A stretch of 64,000 nt of DNA, taken from positions 2,176,001 through 2,240,000 of the forward strand of contig CAWIIB010000001.1 of the NCBI GenBank assembly GCA_963836075.1, given 5' to 3'. The notes under the pieces are model-generated. The model saw only the letters and a program-made list of their open reading frames with translations. It was not told the origin of the DNA and did not search any database. Each line of letters starts with the position of its first letter. The stretch's first letter is position 1. This document shows positions 51,589 through 62,084 of this stretch, piece after piece. This stretch comes from an uncultured Acidobacteriota bacterium. GTDB taxonomy: Bacteria; Acidobacteriota; JAQAZP01. The translations under genes were made by a program, and so were the position numbers.

Positions 51589-51954
51589 TCACGGCGCGAT
51601 CCCCGTCACCGTGCAGGTGGCCGTATCGGTGTCGCCTGCCGGCGGATGTGGTGGTTGGTTGTAAGGATAGGGTGTGACGTCTAGCGCGATGAGATCAAAG
51701 TCGTTCTCACCAACGAGTGTCCCAAGCGCTGGCAGCTGTTGTGACCAGGACCGAATGTAGCTCTCATTCGGGTCTAGGTTTGTAAATCCTGCACGCCAAT
51801 ACGAGAAAAAATTACCGCCACCGAGCGTTACATCGACGTGAGCCGCAACACGACGGAACCAGTCCGCGCAATTGTTGGTCAGGGTAACCTGCATATTGGT
51901 TGAGAAGGGCAATGTGCCAGCCGAGGGCGTGCATTCGAGATTTGCCGATACAGC
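51589..51954 (-). repeat. Shared ~120-aa C-terminal domain, copy 3
   Basis: AVSANLECTPSAGTLPF...WRAGFTN...GENDF...DVTPYPYNQPPHPPAGDTDTATCTVTGIAP-stop. Confidence 0.95.
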
Positions 51955-53180
51955 ATCCAGGCAAGTAAGGTTGATGAGATATGCCGAGCCGGAGTTGCAG
52001 CTGGGGTTGCTTGGGCAAGCATCGTCATTTTCTCTAGCTCCGACTAAAGCGATTCCATCTGACAGAGATATATCACCTCCAAAGTTGTCCATTGCTTCGA
52101 CATCATACGATTGAATTATCGCCGTCTCGATCCAGTCGGCGCCATCGTAATGGAATATGTAGACCGCACCTGAGGATTCACCAAAATTGTCCACGCCAGG
52201 CGCCCCGATCAAAGCGAGATCCCCAGAGATTGCAACTGCACTTCCCAAATAGGCCCACTCCGCACCGTCGGAGGCGACGATTTTTTCTCGGGGCGACCAG
52301 TTCGATCCATTGTAACGGAACACATATGCTGCTCCGGAGTGGGTATCGTTCTCGTTATCCCGGGGGGCACCGACCAGGGCGATGTCATTCAAAAGTGAAA
52401 CGGAAGTGCCGAATTCAGCACCAGCGCCATAATCATCGCCCCGAAATTTGACATCCTGGGTCCAAGTGTCCCCGTTATATCGAAAGACATATGCGGCCCC
52501 TCCATTTTCGTTTGGAACATCTGCTCTGAAGGCGCCGATTAATGCGCAATCTCCGTCGAGGGATACGGCTCTACCGAAATAATCATCTGTCGCACTGTCC
52601 GATGCAGTAAGCTTCTGCTCTTCGATCCAAGTGAGATCCGTCATGGCGAAAGACATACACAGCCCCTCGGGTTCCATCTTGTCCAGGGGCACCGACAAAG
52701 GCTGTTTCGTCGGAGACAGCGACAGCAGATCCGAAACTAGCTTCAAGTTCTCCGTCTGATGCAGTTATTTTCTGTTCCTCGAGCCATTGATCTCCATCAA
52801 ACCGGAAGATATATGCAGAGCCCGATCGAGCCGTTGTCATCGTCGTAGGTGGCGCCCACCAAAATGAGGTCACCTGCTACCGACACAGATTGGCCGAATC
52901 GATCATCCAATGCACCATCTAATGCTGTTAACTTCTCTGCTTGCGACCATTCTGAGGCGCCATCGACAAAAACATACACAGCGCCCTGTGAGTATTCGCC
53001 CTCCCGGTAAGCCCCAATCACAGCATTACTGCCATCGATCGCGACGGAATCACCAAAGTAATCAGTATATTCAGCATCGGCAGCTGTGAGCTTTGCTTCT
53101 TGCCACCACGTGCCATATGTAACCGTGCTAGTGGCGATCAGAATGATCACAAAGGCAGCAAGCCATTTAGTCCGCATCAA
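51589..53180 (-). CDS. Secreted integrin-like FG-GAP repeat protein with the shared C-terminal domain, broken by two frameshifts (about 52826 and 52633)
   Basis: Repeats KLTASD....D.FG.SV...GD.A.VGA...GA[AV]Y[VI]F run continuously across track ORFs 52797-53180, 52583-52873 and 51589-52746; signal peptide at 53180. Confidence 0.85.
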
Positions 53181-53205
53181 TTAATCTCCCATCACTCTGT
53201 TGCTA

Positions 53206-53571
53206 TCACGGCGCGATCCCCGTCACCGTGCAGGATGCTATGGCCGTATCGCCAGCCGGCGGATAAGGCGGCTGGTTGTAAGGAGCAGGTGTTACATCCT
53301 GCGTGAAAAGGACGAAGTGATTCTCGCCGATCAGCGAGCCGAGAGCAGGGATGCTCTGGTTCCATCCGCTGACGAAGCTTACACCTGGAGAAACGTTTGT
53401 ATACCCGGCGCGCCAGTTGGGGAAATAGCCCCCCCCAGCCAAGCTAACATCGATGTGGCCACCTAACCGGCGAATCTGGTCAGTGTAAACGTTCGTCAGC
53501 GTCACGTTCATGGAGGAAACGAACGGCACAGTTCCCATCGACGGCATGCATGTCATGCTCGCCTCGATCGT
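53206..53571 (-). repeat. Shared ~120-aa C-terminal domain, copy 4
   Basis: TIEASMTCMPSMGTVPF...WRAGYTN...GENHF...DVTPAPYNQPPYPPAGDTAIASCTVTGIAP-stop. Confidence 0.95.
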
Positions 53572-56500
53572 CGGTGGGCCAGAGTTCCTGAACACGTCGC
53601 CGCTGTAGCCCGTGGCGCAGTATAGATATCCATCCCCACCGGACAGCAGGCAGTAGCTCTGTGAAGCACCATGCATATCGGATGTCTGTGTCCAGGAGTC
53701 CCCGTCGGCTTCGGAGCGGAACACGTGGCCCATGTCGTCTGTTGCGGCGTAGAGCAGTCCATCTGAATGCCAGGCAAAATCAATGATGTACTGGACATCC
53801 TCCAGGCAGTCGAGCAGTTCCCAGGAAGCACCCTGGTCGGCTGTTCGATAGATACACCCGTCGATCGACGTACCGACGAGGATTTCGCCAGTATCGCCCT
53901 CGATGAGAGCAAAGACATCTTCCGCTGAGGGTAAATCCGCTGTGTCTACCCAGGTGTATCCCCCGTCATCCGAGCGGAAGACATCTCCATTGGGGCTGGT
54001 GCCGGCGTAGAGCGTCCCGTCCGAAGCTTCGAGCAGCACGTTCAACGACTCTGCACCGCCCAGGTCTCCCATATTCGTCCAGGAGGAGCCGCCGTCATCG
54101 CTCCGGTAGACGTCACCGTCTGGCCCGCTGCCAGCCAGCAGTCCTCCTCCGGAGAGTTCGAGAAGGCAGAAAACCGACTCCACGTCGACCCCAAGATCCG
54201 CAGTGGGTATCCAGTTGTTGCCGAGATCAACTGTGTAGAACACATGGCCGTCCGCACTGCCGACCTCGCCCTTGGTGGCGGCATAAATCCGGCCGTCCGA
54301 GGCAGGGAGGAGATCGTAGACGTGGACGGCGTCGGCCAGTTCGGCAGTATTCGTCCAGCTATCACCGTAATCAGGGCTGAAATACACATTGCCTGTCGGG
54401 TTGGTGCCGGCAAACAGGCCCACCCCCGGCACCTCGCAGAGAGAATAGACCCTCACCGCCCCGGATAGACTGCCGGTTTTCTCCCAGGTCCAGTTCTGAG
54501 GGCTCCACGTGGGAATCCCGGAATGATAACCCATGTCCACTTGGCCGGCATCCGATACTTGGTCCGTACGAGTGGTTAGTTGGTCAAGACAAAAGATCCC
54601 ATCCAGCGATTCGACGCAGATATTCTCAGCGAGGTCACTACCGGCATTCAGGCACGGGCTGTCAGTCCCTTGACCTGAAGCGATTTGACTGAGGTAGTAA
54701 TCACCTGCGGGTCCTGAAACGAAGAGCGGATCGGCATCGATGTTTCCTGTGCCGGGCCACCCCCCCTGCACGTTCGAATAACTGACGTTCACAACTCCAG
54801 CTAACTGATTTGGCGTATTGTTCCAAAATATACAGTTTTCAGCTGAGATGTCAGATGGATAATCTCGCCATTCAAACAAACCCCCACCATCATCATCTGC
54901 ATGGTTGTTCACAATACTACAGTTACTAATTACAGGTTGCGAATGATGGAAAAAAAGACCCCCTCCCCGGCCAGCAGTGGGACTCCCAGTTGCCGTATTA
55001 TTTGCGACAACACAGTTGAAGATTGTAGGAGAAGCAGCATGAAAATATATCCCTCCGCCCTGCCCGCTTGTGTTCCCAATGAAGAGGCAGTTGGCGATCA
55101 CTGTATCAATGAAATCGTCTTCTCCATCTGCTTGAAAACCGCCGCCCTGCCCGCCAGAGTTGTTCGTAAAAATACAACTTGTGACTGTGGGCGATGAGTT
55201 GTTTGCGTATATGCCAGCCCCTGAATTGGTCTCGAATATGCAGCCGTTGATAATTGGGGAGGACGCTTCGCAATAAATTCCTCCTCCATATATCGCTGAA
55301 TTCAGACTGACTGTGCAGTTGAGAATATCCGGAGTAGAAGTATCCCAACATGCTACGCCACCGCCTCTGGAAGTGCTGGGGATGTTTGATAAGGAGCTGT
55401 TTGACACGATGATACAATCGTCTAACGTCGGAGTCGATTGACTTTTAAAAGCGATTCCACCAGCATACTCTTCTGCGGTATTGCTTTCTATCGTGCAGCC
55501 TGTGACCGATCCTGACGAGAGGGCGAAACAGAGTCCGCCACCATCCCTAGCCGAGTTGCCGACAACTTGACAGTCAGTGATCTCCGGTGACGAAGACAAG
55601 CAATAAACTCCTCCTCCATCGTCATCTGCATCATTGGCGGTTACTATACAACCAACGATCGAGGGTGACGCCGTATCGATATAGATTCCCCCGCCATTTG
55701 TAGCGTAGCCGTTGGACACTGTGAAGCCTTGAAATATCGAATCTGCCCCCTCACCAATATGGAAAAACAGCCCTCGCCCAAGGGCCTCACAGTCGATAAT
55801 GCAGTTTTCGGCTCCATTCTCAGACCTTACCGTGATCGCCTTTCCTCCGAAATCCAGATCACGGTTGCCATCACCTGTATATGTTCCGTCCGCAACAAGA
55901 ACCGTGTCCCCATCAATCGCTGCATCGATCCCCGCCTGGATTGTTGGTTGATCCCCGGGAACGTGGATGATGTTTGAGGAAACGGAGTAGTGATATCCCA
56001 TGTCTGCTTGACCGGCATCTGACACCTCGTCGGTGCGCGTTGTCAGTTGGTCGAGGCAAATGGATCCATCCGCCGCGTCGAAACAGATGTTGGCTGCGAG
56101 ATCATTTCCGGAATCGAGGCCAGGGCTGTCCGACCCTTGTCCTGATGCCGACTGGCTGAGATAGAAGTCTCCATCAGGGCCTGTGACGAAGAGCGGATCG
56201 GCATCGATCATACCGGCGCCGCAGTTAAGTGTGCTACCGGGTATCGACAAGGGTAGCCGGCCTGTCCGTCCTGGACTAACGAGTGGATCAATATTGACTG
56301 TTGAACCAAAGGTGGCGTAGCTTACGTAAATTTGATATCCGGATGGCCCAACGTTCCCCCAGAAGATGCAGTTTGAAATAGTTGGCACAGCGCTGCCACC
56401 GTCAGAAAACCGCATTCCTCCGCCTGGTCCAGTAGCAACCGTATTGTTGACGACAGTATTGTTCAGGAAGGTGCCACCGACCCGATCGCTCAGTTGAATT

Positions 56501-57251
56501 CCACCACCATAGTTATTGAGAATAAGGTTGTTGGCCACGTAGGGATTGAAGTGACCTCCCAAACCGAGACCACAGGCCCCACCGTTCGACGAGGTGTTTC
56601 CGATAATGACATTGTCGGTAACGGTGGCAGATGTGTAGTGAACTATGCTGAGACTCCACCCGGGTCGTTGTTGCTGATAATATTTCCAGTGAGTAGCACA
56701 GTGCTGTAATTGTAAATAGCTACGCCACCGGACGACTTCCCCCCATCAGCAGTATTGCCGGTAATGATGTTGTTTCTGATGACAATGGAGGAACCTCTGC
56801 AGTATATCCCTCCACCGGCCAACCTATTCCAAAAGTCATCCCACGTTCCAGAACCGTTGGTTGTTGTGAATCCGTCGATAACCACATCAGTCTTGTCACG
56901 GCACCAAACACAGCTGCCGGACTGTGTACCATTTAAGATTGTGAGTTCAGGACCTTCTTCACTCTGGAGCGTAATCCCGTCACCGGTGATCTCCACATTC
57001 TCGAAGTAGGTTCCGGGGGCAACCATCACAGTATCACCGTTCGAGGCGGCATCGACCCCTTCCTGAATCGCATCAAACGGATGATCGGTTGATCCATCCT
57101 CAAGCGGGTCGCTCACCGACGGATCACCGGGACCGGGATCGTTAGGGGCGTCATCATCCACATACCATGTGGTCTGAGCGTATGACGGCATCGCGAGTGC
57201 AAGGCAAACGACTGACAGGGCGAGTGCGAGCAAGAGGCTTCTGCAGTTCAT
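53206..57251 (-). CDS. Large secreted protein (about 1350 aa): two parallel beta-helix modules, a BNR/Asp-box propeller and the shared C-terminal domain; frameshift near 56650
   Basis: Signal peptide and WYVDDD in 56643-57251; the frame continues as SIVHYTSATVTDNVIIGN into 53206-56562; S.D.G.SW Asp boxes; two DPLF...TTRTD...DMGYH caps. Confidence 0.85.
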
Positions 57252-57298
57252 TGAGTTCCCCTAATATGGACCATGGATTCACCATGGCGGGCGAAAAA

Positions 57299-57358
57299 GG
57301 TCAGTGAATGACCAACAGCATTGTCACTCAATATAGGCTCTTTATCTGAATCGATCAA
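57299..57358 (-). promoter_or_regulatory. sigma70 promoter TTGATC-N17-TATATT followed by leader hairpin GGTCA-TTCAC-TGACC
   Basis: Read on the minus strand; same architecture as 30299-30359. Confidence 0.55.
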
Positions 57359-58042
57359 GGCGATGTGCCCTCCCATGGCCAATTAGATAATGATTGTCGG
57401 ATAGGAAATGTAATTGTAAAGTGACACAAAATTGCTAGGGGTGACTCCCCCGTCCCCAGCGTTCGGCTAAGGGGGGGGGATGGCCCCCTTCGATCCCGAG
57501 CGGCCGCCTGGTCAGCGAGGTCAGGGCGAGTAGCGGCGGTTAGCCGAGACGCATCCGGCAGGCCAGGAGCAAGTGAGCAGGCCCCACCCTCGGCCGGCGC
57601 CGATCGCAACCCCACCCACCCACGGTTTGCGGGGCGCTCACCATCAGGTGCAAGCCAAATGCAGGCCCAGGTCCCAGGCGCAGGTGGTCTGGCGCCGCAG
57701 GCGCTAGCATAGTGCCCGTAGGCCACACGCTGGCCTAGGCGCTCATTGTCCAGGGCGGGCAGGTCCGCGTGCACACAGGCTGACAGGGGCGAGTGAGCGG
57801 CGGCCTGCGGCCGCATCATCCCTGGCCCCAGGCGGCGATGTCGTCGCTATCTTGGATGGTTCATGTTTGTGGAGATACCGACCTGAAACGCGCTGCATGC
57901 TGGGCAGGATTCAGCATTATTATGTGTATGATAATTCAGATTCCTCTTATCAATCCTAGCATTGATTTCCGCGTTGTTCTAACACATCCCCGCCGCCACG
58001 TTCGTCCCCCAAGTCATTGCAAACTGGAAAAGCGCTTTGTTG

Positions 58043-58390
58043 TCAGTCGATGTATTTGATTACATCGGCCTCGATAAATGTGACAAAACGGGTAACGACT
58101 ACATAGAACTCGTCTCGCTCAACGTATCGAATATTGATGCAGGCGTCTCCACCCTTTTCCGCCGCCATCCTGTCCAGTTCCTTTTGGATGTCCTGGTGCA
58201 GATCGGCTTGCTTTTTCAAGCCGATCAAGCCGAACAGATGGAAAACTTCTACCTTGCCTTCTGTATGGCCGACCACTTCGAACGGCTTTTCATAGCTCGA
58301 ATCAGCTATTGATAAGTGTGTATAGGCACAACCGAACATCATTGTCGCCAAACACATCAGACCTGCGAGCAGCATAATGACCCTTTTCAT
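58043..58390 (-). CDS. Small lipoprotein
   Basis: MKRVIMLLAGLMCLATMMFG-C lipobox-like signal; GGDA.IN and EADVIKY resemble YbjQ/TRL-like small lipoproteins. Confidence 0.7.
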   Translation of the reverse strand: MKRVIMLLAGLMCLATMMFGCAYTHLSIADSSYEKPFEVVGHTEGKVEVFHLFGLIGLKKQADLHQDIQKELDRMAAEKGGDACINIRYVERDEFYVVVTRFVTFIEADVIKYID

Positions 58391-58960
58391 TGGGACTCCT
58401 TTCGATATGGTTGTCCTATCCAAACAGATGATGCTTGAATTCTCGGTTTCCTTTTAAGCCTGTCAAGGGGAGAGCCCCGAATATCGGGCCATGTTTGCCG
58501 CTGACCGTTTATCGCTCTGCCTTCAGTGGTTAGACTCATTGAGTTCGCCTTCGAAGATGGCGTCGGCCGCATGCTGACCGGTCCACGGCCAACCCGGTCA
58601 ATTGGCAAGCAAGCCTCATGCCGTCTGCCCCTTCCACAGCAAACTGAGGGAATTCAGCCGTTCGGCAGGGCGATTTTCCCGAACTCCGGCCAGACGTCCT
58701 CTGAAATGGACAGACATTTTTCACACCGCCGGTGAACTGGTGTTGTGGCTCATGAAAAATCCATCCGACGCGCTGAAGGTGCCAAACGAATAAACGGAAA
58801 GATCGTTCGGAGTGAGGAATTGAAGCATCATCGATGGGGGAGATCAGCGAGACCGTCGAATCGCCACCTCACGAAGTTTACCTGACCAAAGATCGCGACC
58901 CGGGACACAACGACCCTGCAGTTCTATCTGATGCGGAAGGCTTGGATCTCCACGGCCAGA

Positions 58961-59582
58961 TCAGGCGGCCCGACGGGTGTAGCGATGGTGGAGTCCACCG
59001 ACCTGCGGGAGTGCGATTACCTTACCCATCTTCGGCGGCTTTACAGCTCTTGGTTCCGGACAATCCTTATCGAGCGACAGGTGCGTTCGAGACTGTTGGT
59101 AATACAGGAAATACTCTTTCAGGATTCGCCGGAGATCCTGTTCGTTGATGACGATGACAGCACCCCAGGTCGGATTTTCTCCGGACATTCTTCTGATCAG
59201 ATCCCTGATCTCACGTGCAACTCGAGGCCGGCCTCGGTTCTGCCGGCGACTCTTCAGTTGCCAGAAGAGCTTGAAGCCCATTCGATGCCAGGAAATAAAG
59301 GTTCCAGGCTTGACGACAACGAGCACCTGGTTCCAGTCTCGCCATATCCTGGAAAGGAATACCCAGAACAGTCGATCGGTTTTGGTCAATCGAGGGCTTT
59401 TCATCGTTCGACTGAGGATGGCAAGCTGTTGCCTGAGTGCCAGGTTCTCCAGGGCCAAAGTTCGTTAAGTTCTCAGTGCTGAAAAGATGGTTGTGAGGAG
59501 TTTGTACATCATCCAGGCATGACACGCTCACGAAGCGCTAAGCTCAATGATCTCAAGTATTACGTGTTTTACAGGTGGGACA
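58961..59582 (-). mobile_element. Internally deleted rve-integrase (DDE) insertion sequence remnant
   Basis: ENLALRQQL...DRLFW...V.P.T...WHR.GF...GRP...LIRRM..ENP.WGA is joined directly to VIV.NE..LRR.L..Y..YY...RTH.SL.KD...GGLHHRY.R.AA; probable terminus TGTCCCACCTGTAAAAC at 59582-59566. Confidence 0.8.
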
Positions 59583-59598
59583 CCCTGACAGCCACTCC

Positions 59599-59628
59599 TT
59601 GACTGTTCACCGGTACGCGAACTATACT
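59599..59628 (+). promoter_or_regulatory. Putative sigma70 promoter TTGACT-N18-TATACT
   Basis: Near-consensus boxes 16 nt upstream of ATG 59645. Confidence 0.6.
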
Positions 59629-59644
59629 TTATCTTATTGGGAGA

Positions 59645-61780
59645 ATGAACGTGGCAAGAATCTTCTCAATCATCTTCATCCTGTTTACGATCTTCTTGCC
59701 GACAGCCGATCACGCCTTATGCCAATTCACGCCCACTTGTGAGGTTGTTGAGATACAGGAGATCGTGCCTGACTTTTCATGGGGCTATCTTCGCGGTGTG
59801 AAGCAACCGTTGGGAAGTTACTTCGACGGCTGGAGCATTCATCAGACAATTAAGCCTGATCTCCCCCCCCAGTCTGGGCCATATGAATTTTACCATGTTC
59901 CAGATGACCCACTTGAACCGGATGGTCCTACCCATACCTTTGGAGGAACCCTCCTCGGGATGCCCGATAATATTGCATGGGCTCACGAAAAAACTACTGG
60001 TTCCCTTGAATCCGGTATCCGAGAATTTCCGGGCGCCGGCATAAGCCATTGGATGGCTAGACCTTCAGGTGTTGCGACATTCAGTCCAGGTGGAACGATC
60101 TGGTATACCTATGGCATGAAAAATGTGGAACATATTGCCGACTGTTGGATTCCTCCGTTGGATCCCACCCCCATGCCGTTCGATAAGTGGGATTTATATA
60201 AAGGTTCGTTAGTGGAAAATTCCTCTTCGTTCGCAATTGACGAAATTCCATTCCTCACTGATTTCGTACCATATGAAAATAACGGAATTGAATATGATGA
60301 CATGTCACCATCAGGAGGATGCCTGCATGCCACTTTAGATGACCATTTACTCTTTTTCTGGCGAAATGGAAACAGTCGTTCAACAGATACGACCATCAGG
60401 TTCAGATCATACAGTGCAACCACTCCGGGTTACTCGTCGGATTATCTGGATCTGGGAAAAGGGTCTGTAGCGCCAACGGCAACGGAACAGCCGAACCCCA
60501 GCCATTATTCAAGTACCACATCTCCTCGAGACGTAGATATCACGATTGAACAATTGTGGACCAAGTATGATCCCCGATGGGATTTGACTTTTGCCACCTG
60601 GCAGTATTTCATCAAATGGAAGACTGACTACCCAAATATGACACCGACCATCAATAGCTTTGGATCCTGTCCCTTTGTTTACAGCGAAGATGATGGTGTC
60701 AGTTGGAAATTTGCAGACGGAACAGTTGCAAACGGGGAATTCCCCCTGACCTACCCCCTCCATGATTATCCTCATCCTGACGCTCCAACGTATCGTGATG
60801 TGATCATCCCGGATGACCATTTGGAGGGAGCTGACTGCTTTACTGCTTACACTGTTCCACCCAGGCACATCAATATGGCTCTCAATGACCTTGGTGTGGC
60901 GCCGGGCGATCCCATGAATGGTGATGATCCCATTTTCTGGATGGTTATGCCTGAGGGATCAACTCCAACGGGATTGGCCATTGAGAGCGGGATAAACTTC
61001 TGGTCTTATGATTCTGGAAATCCAACTGCCACGTCATGGGCCTGCACACCCCTGACCACTGATGATGGATTCACCGGAATGACCAATTCGAAGGGCTTTG
61101 CCTGTGGAGTGACAAAAGATTACCTGATCTTTGTTTATGCTGCCAAGTATGGATCGGACGATCAAAGAAACATCTTGAAAGCAAAGGTTGGGTGGGTTAC
61201 TGATTCAGGTGAAATACTCTGGAGCGATCCTGAAAATATTGTTACACTCAGTGAAGATGACGATACGATTAACTGGGTGTCATTTGTCCAGCCTGCTGCA
61301 GGCTATGACGACAACTTCGCAAGGTTCTTCTTTTCCTACTCCGATGAGCCCGGTTCTAACCCCGAGCAGTATCGCAACAAGATTGGCTGGGTGAAAGTGA
61401 AGGTTCGGGGTACGCTGAGTGCTGAACTGAATTGCACGCCTTCCGCCGGCACGTTACCATTTTCCCCCCTCATGCAGTTCGAGGTTCGGAATCACTATCT
61501 GTCTTATCGTAAGTCGTTCATCAGATTAGCTTTGACTCTCGCCACCGGCACTCATTATGGAAACTGGAGGCATGGAAATACAACCCTCGATACGGAAGAA
61601 GTTTTCCATTATCAGTTCAGGCCGGTATTTCCTGATTTTCCAACCTTATATGGTGATAACCATTTCAATTTAATCGTTGAGGACCTCACGCCGCCTCCAT
61701 ACAATGTGCCGCCATTCTGGCCCGAAGGTGACACTGACACAGATCTCTGCACGGTAACCGGCATTGCCCCATTACCATAG
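59645..61780 (+). CDS. Secreted protein of unknown function (one Asp-box-like YSEDDGVSW) with the shared C-terminal domain
   Basis: Signal peptide; visibly more AT-rich coding sequence; ends CTVTGIAPLP. Confidence 0.8.
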   Translation: MNVARIFSIIFILFTIFLPTADHALCQFTPTCEVVEIQEIVPDFSWGYLRGVKQPLGSYFDGWSIHQTIKPDLPPQSGPYEFYHVPDDPLEPDGPTHTFGGTLLGMPDNIAWAHEKTTGSLESGIREFPGAGISHWMARPSGVATFSPGGTIWYTYGMKNVEHIADCWIPPLDPTPMPFDKWDLYKGSLVENSSSFAIDEIPFLTDFVPYENNGIEYDDMSPSGGCLHATLDDHLLFFWRNGNSRSTDTTIRFRSYSATTPGYSSDYLDLGKGSVAPTATEQPNPSHYSSTTSPRDVDITIEQLWTKYDPRWDLTFATWQYFIKWKTDYPNMTPTINSFGSCPFVYSEDDGVSWKFADGTVANGEFPLTYPLHDYPHPDAPTYRDVIIPDDHLEGADCFTAYTVPPRHINMALNDLGVAPGDPMNGDDPIFWMVMPEGSTPTGLAIESGINFWSYDSGNPTATSWACTPLTTDDGFTGMTNSKGFACGVTKDYLIFVYAAKYGSDDQRNILKAKVGWVTDSGEILWSDPENIVTLSEDDDTINWVSFVQPAAGYDDNFARFFFSYSDEPGSNPEQYRNKIGWVKVKVRGTLSAELNCTPSAGTLPFSPLMQFEVRNHYLSYRKSFIRLALTLATGTHYGNWRHGNTTLDTEEVFHYQFRPVFPDFPTLYGDNHFNLIVEDLTPPPYNVPPFWPEGDTDTDLCTVTGIAPLP
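61412..61780 (+). repeat. Shared ~120-aa C-terminal domain, copy 5 (more diverged)
   Basis: TLSAELNCTPSAGTLPF...WRHGNTT...GDNHF...DLTPPPYNVPPFWPEGDTDTDLCTVTGIAPLP-stop. Confidence 0.92.
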
Positions 61781-61936
61781 ATTTCCCCTCCCTGTGGCTC
61801 CTCAAAATTCCATCCGACGTGCTGAGGGTCGACCTGATGGCAATGGTTGTGATTCGGAGGGAGGTATACCGGTCCATCGAGTTTGTACGGCCAAATGGAT
61901 ATCATGAACAGTTGCATAAGGCCTTAGCCAGCATTC

Positions 61937-61965
61937 TTGACAACCCGCCGGAATGTTCTTACATT
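61937..61965 (+). promoter_or_regulatory. Putative sigma70 promoter TTGACA-N17-TACATT
   Basis: Perfect -35 box, 17-nt spacer, near-consensus -10 box. Confidence 0.7.
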
Positions 61966-62084
61966 TGTATGCAGTTGCGATCGCTCTGATCATCCGGTTC
62001 GGGAATGCTGTTTGTCCACCGTCATTCCCATTCGAATCACAAAGAAATGAAAACGTTCCCATTGTGAACAGGAGGTCATCGCCC

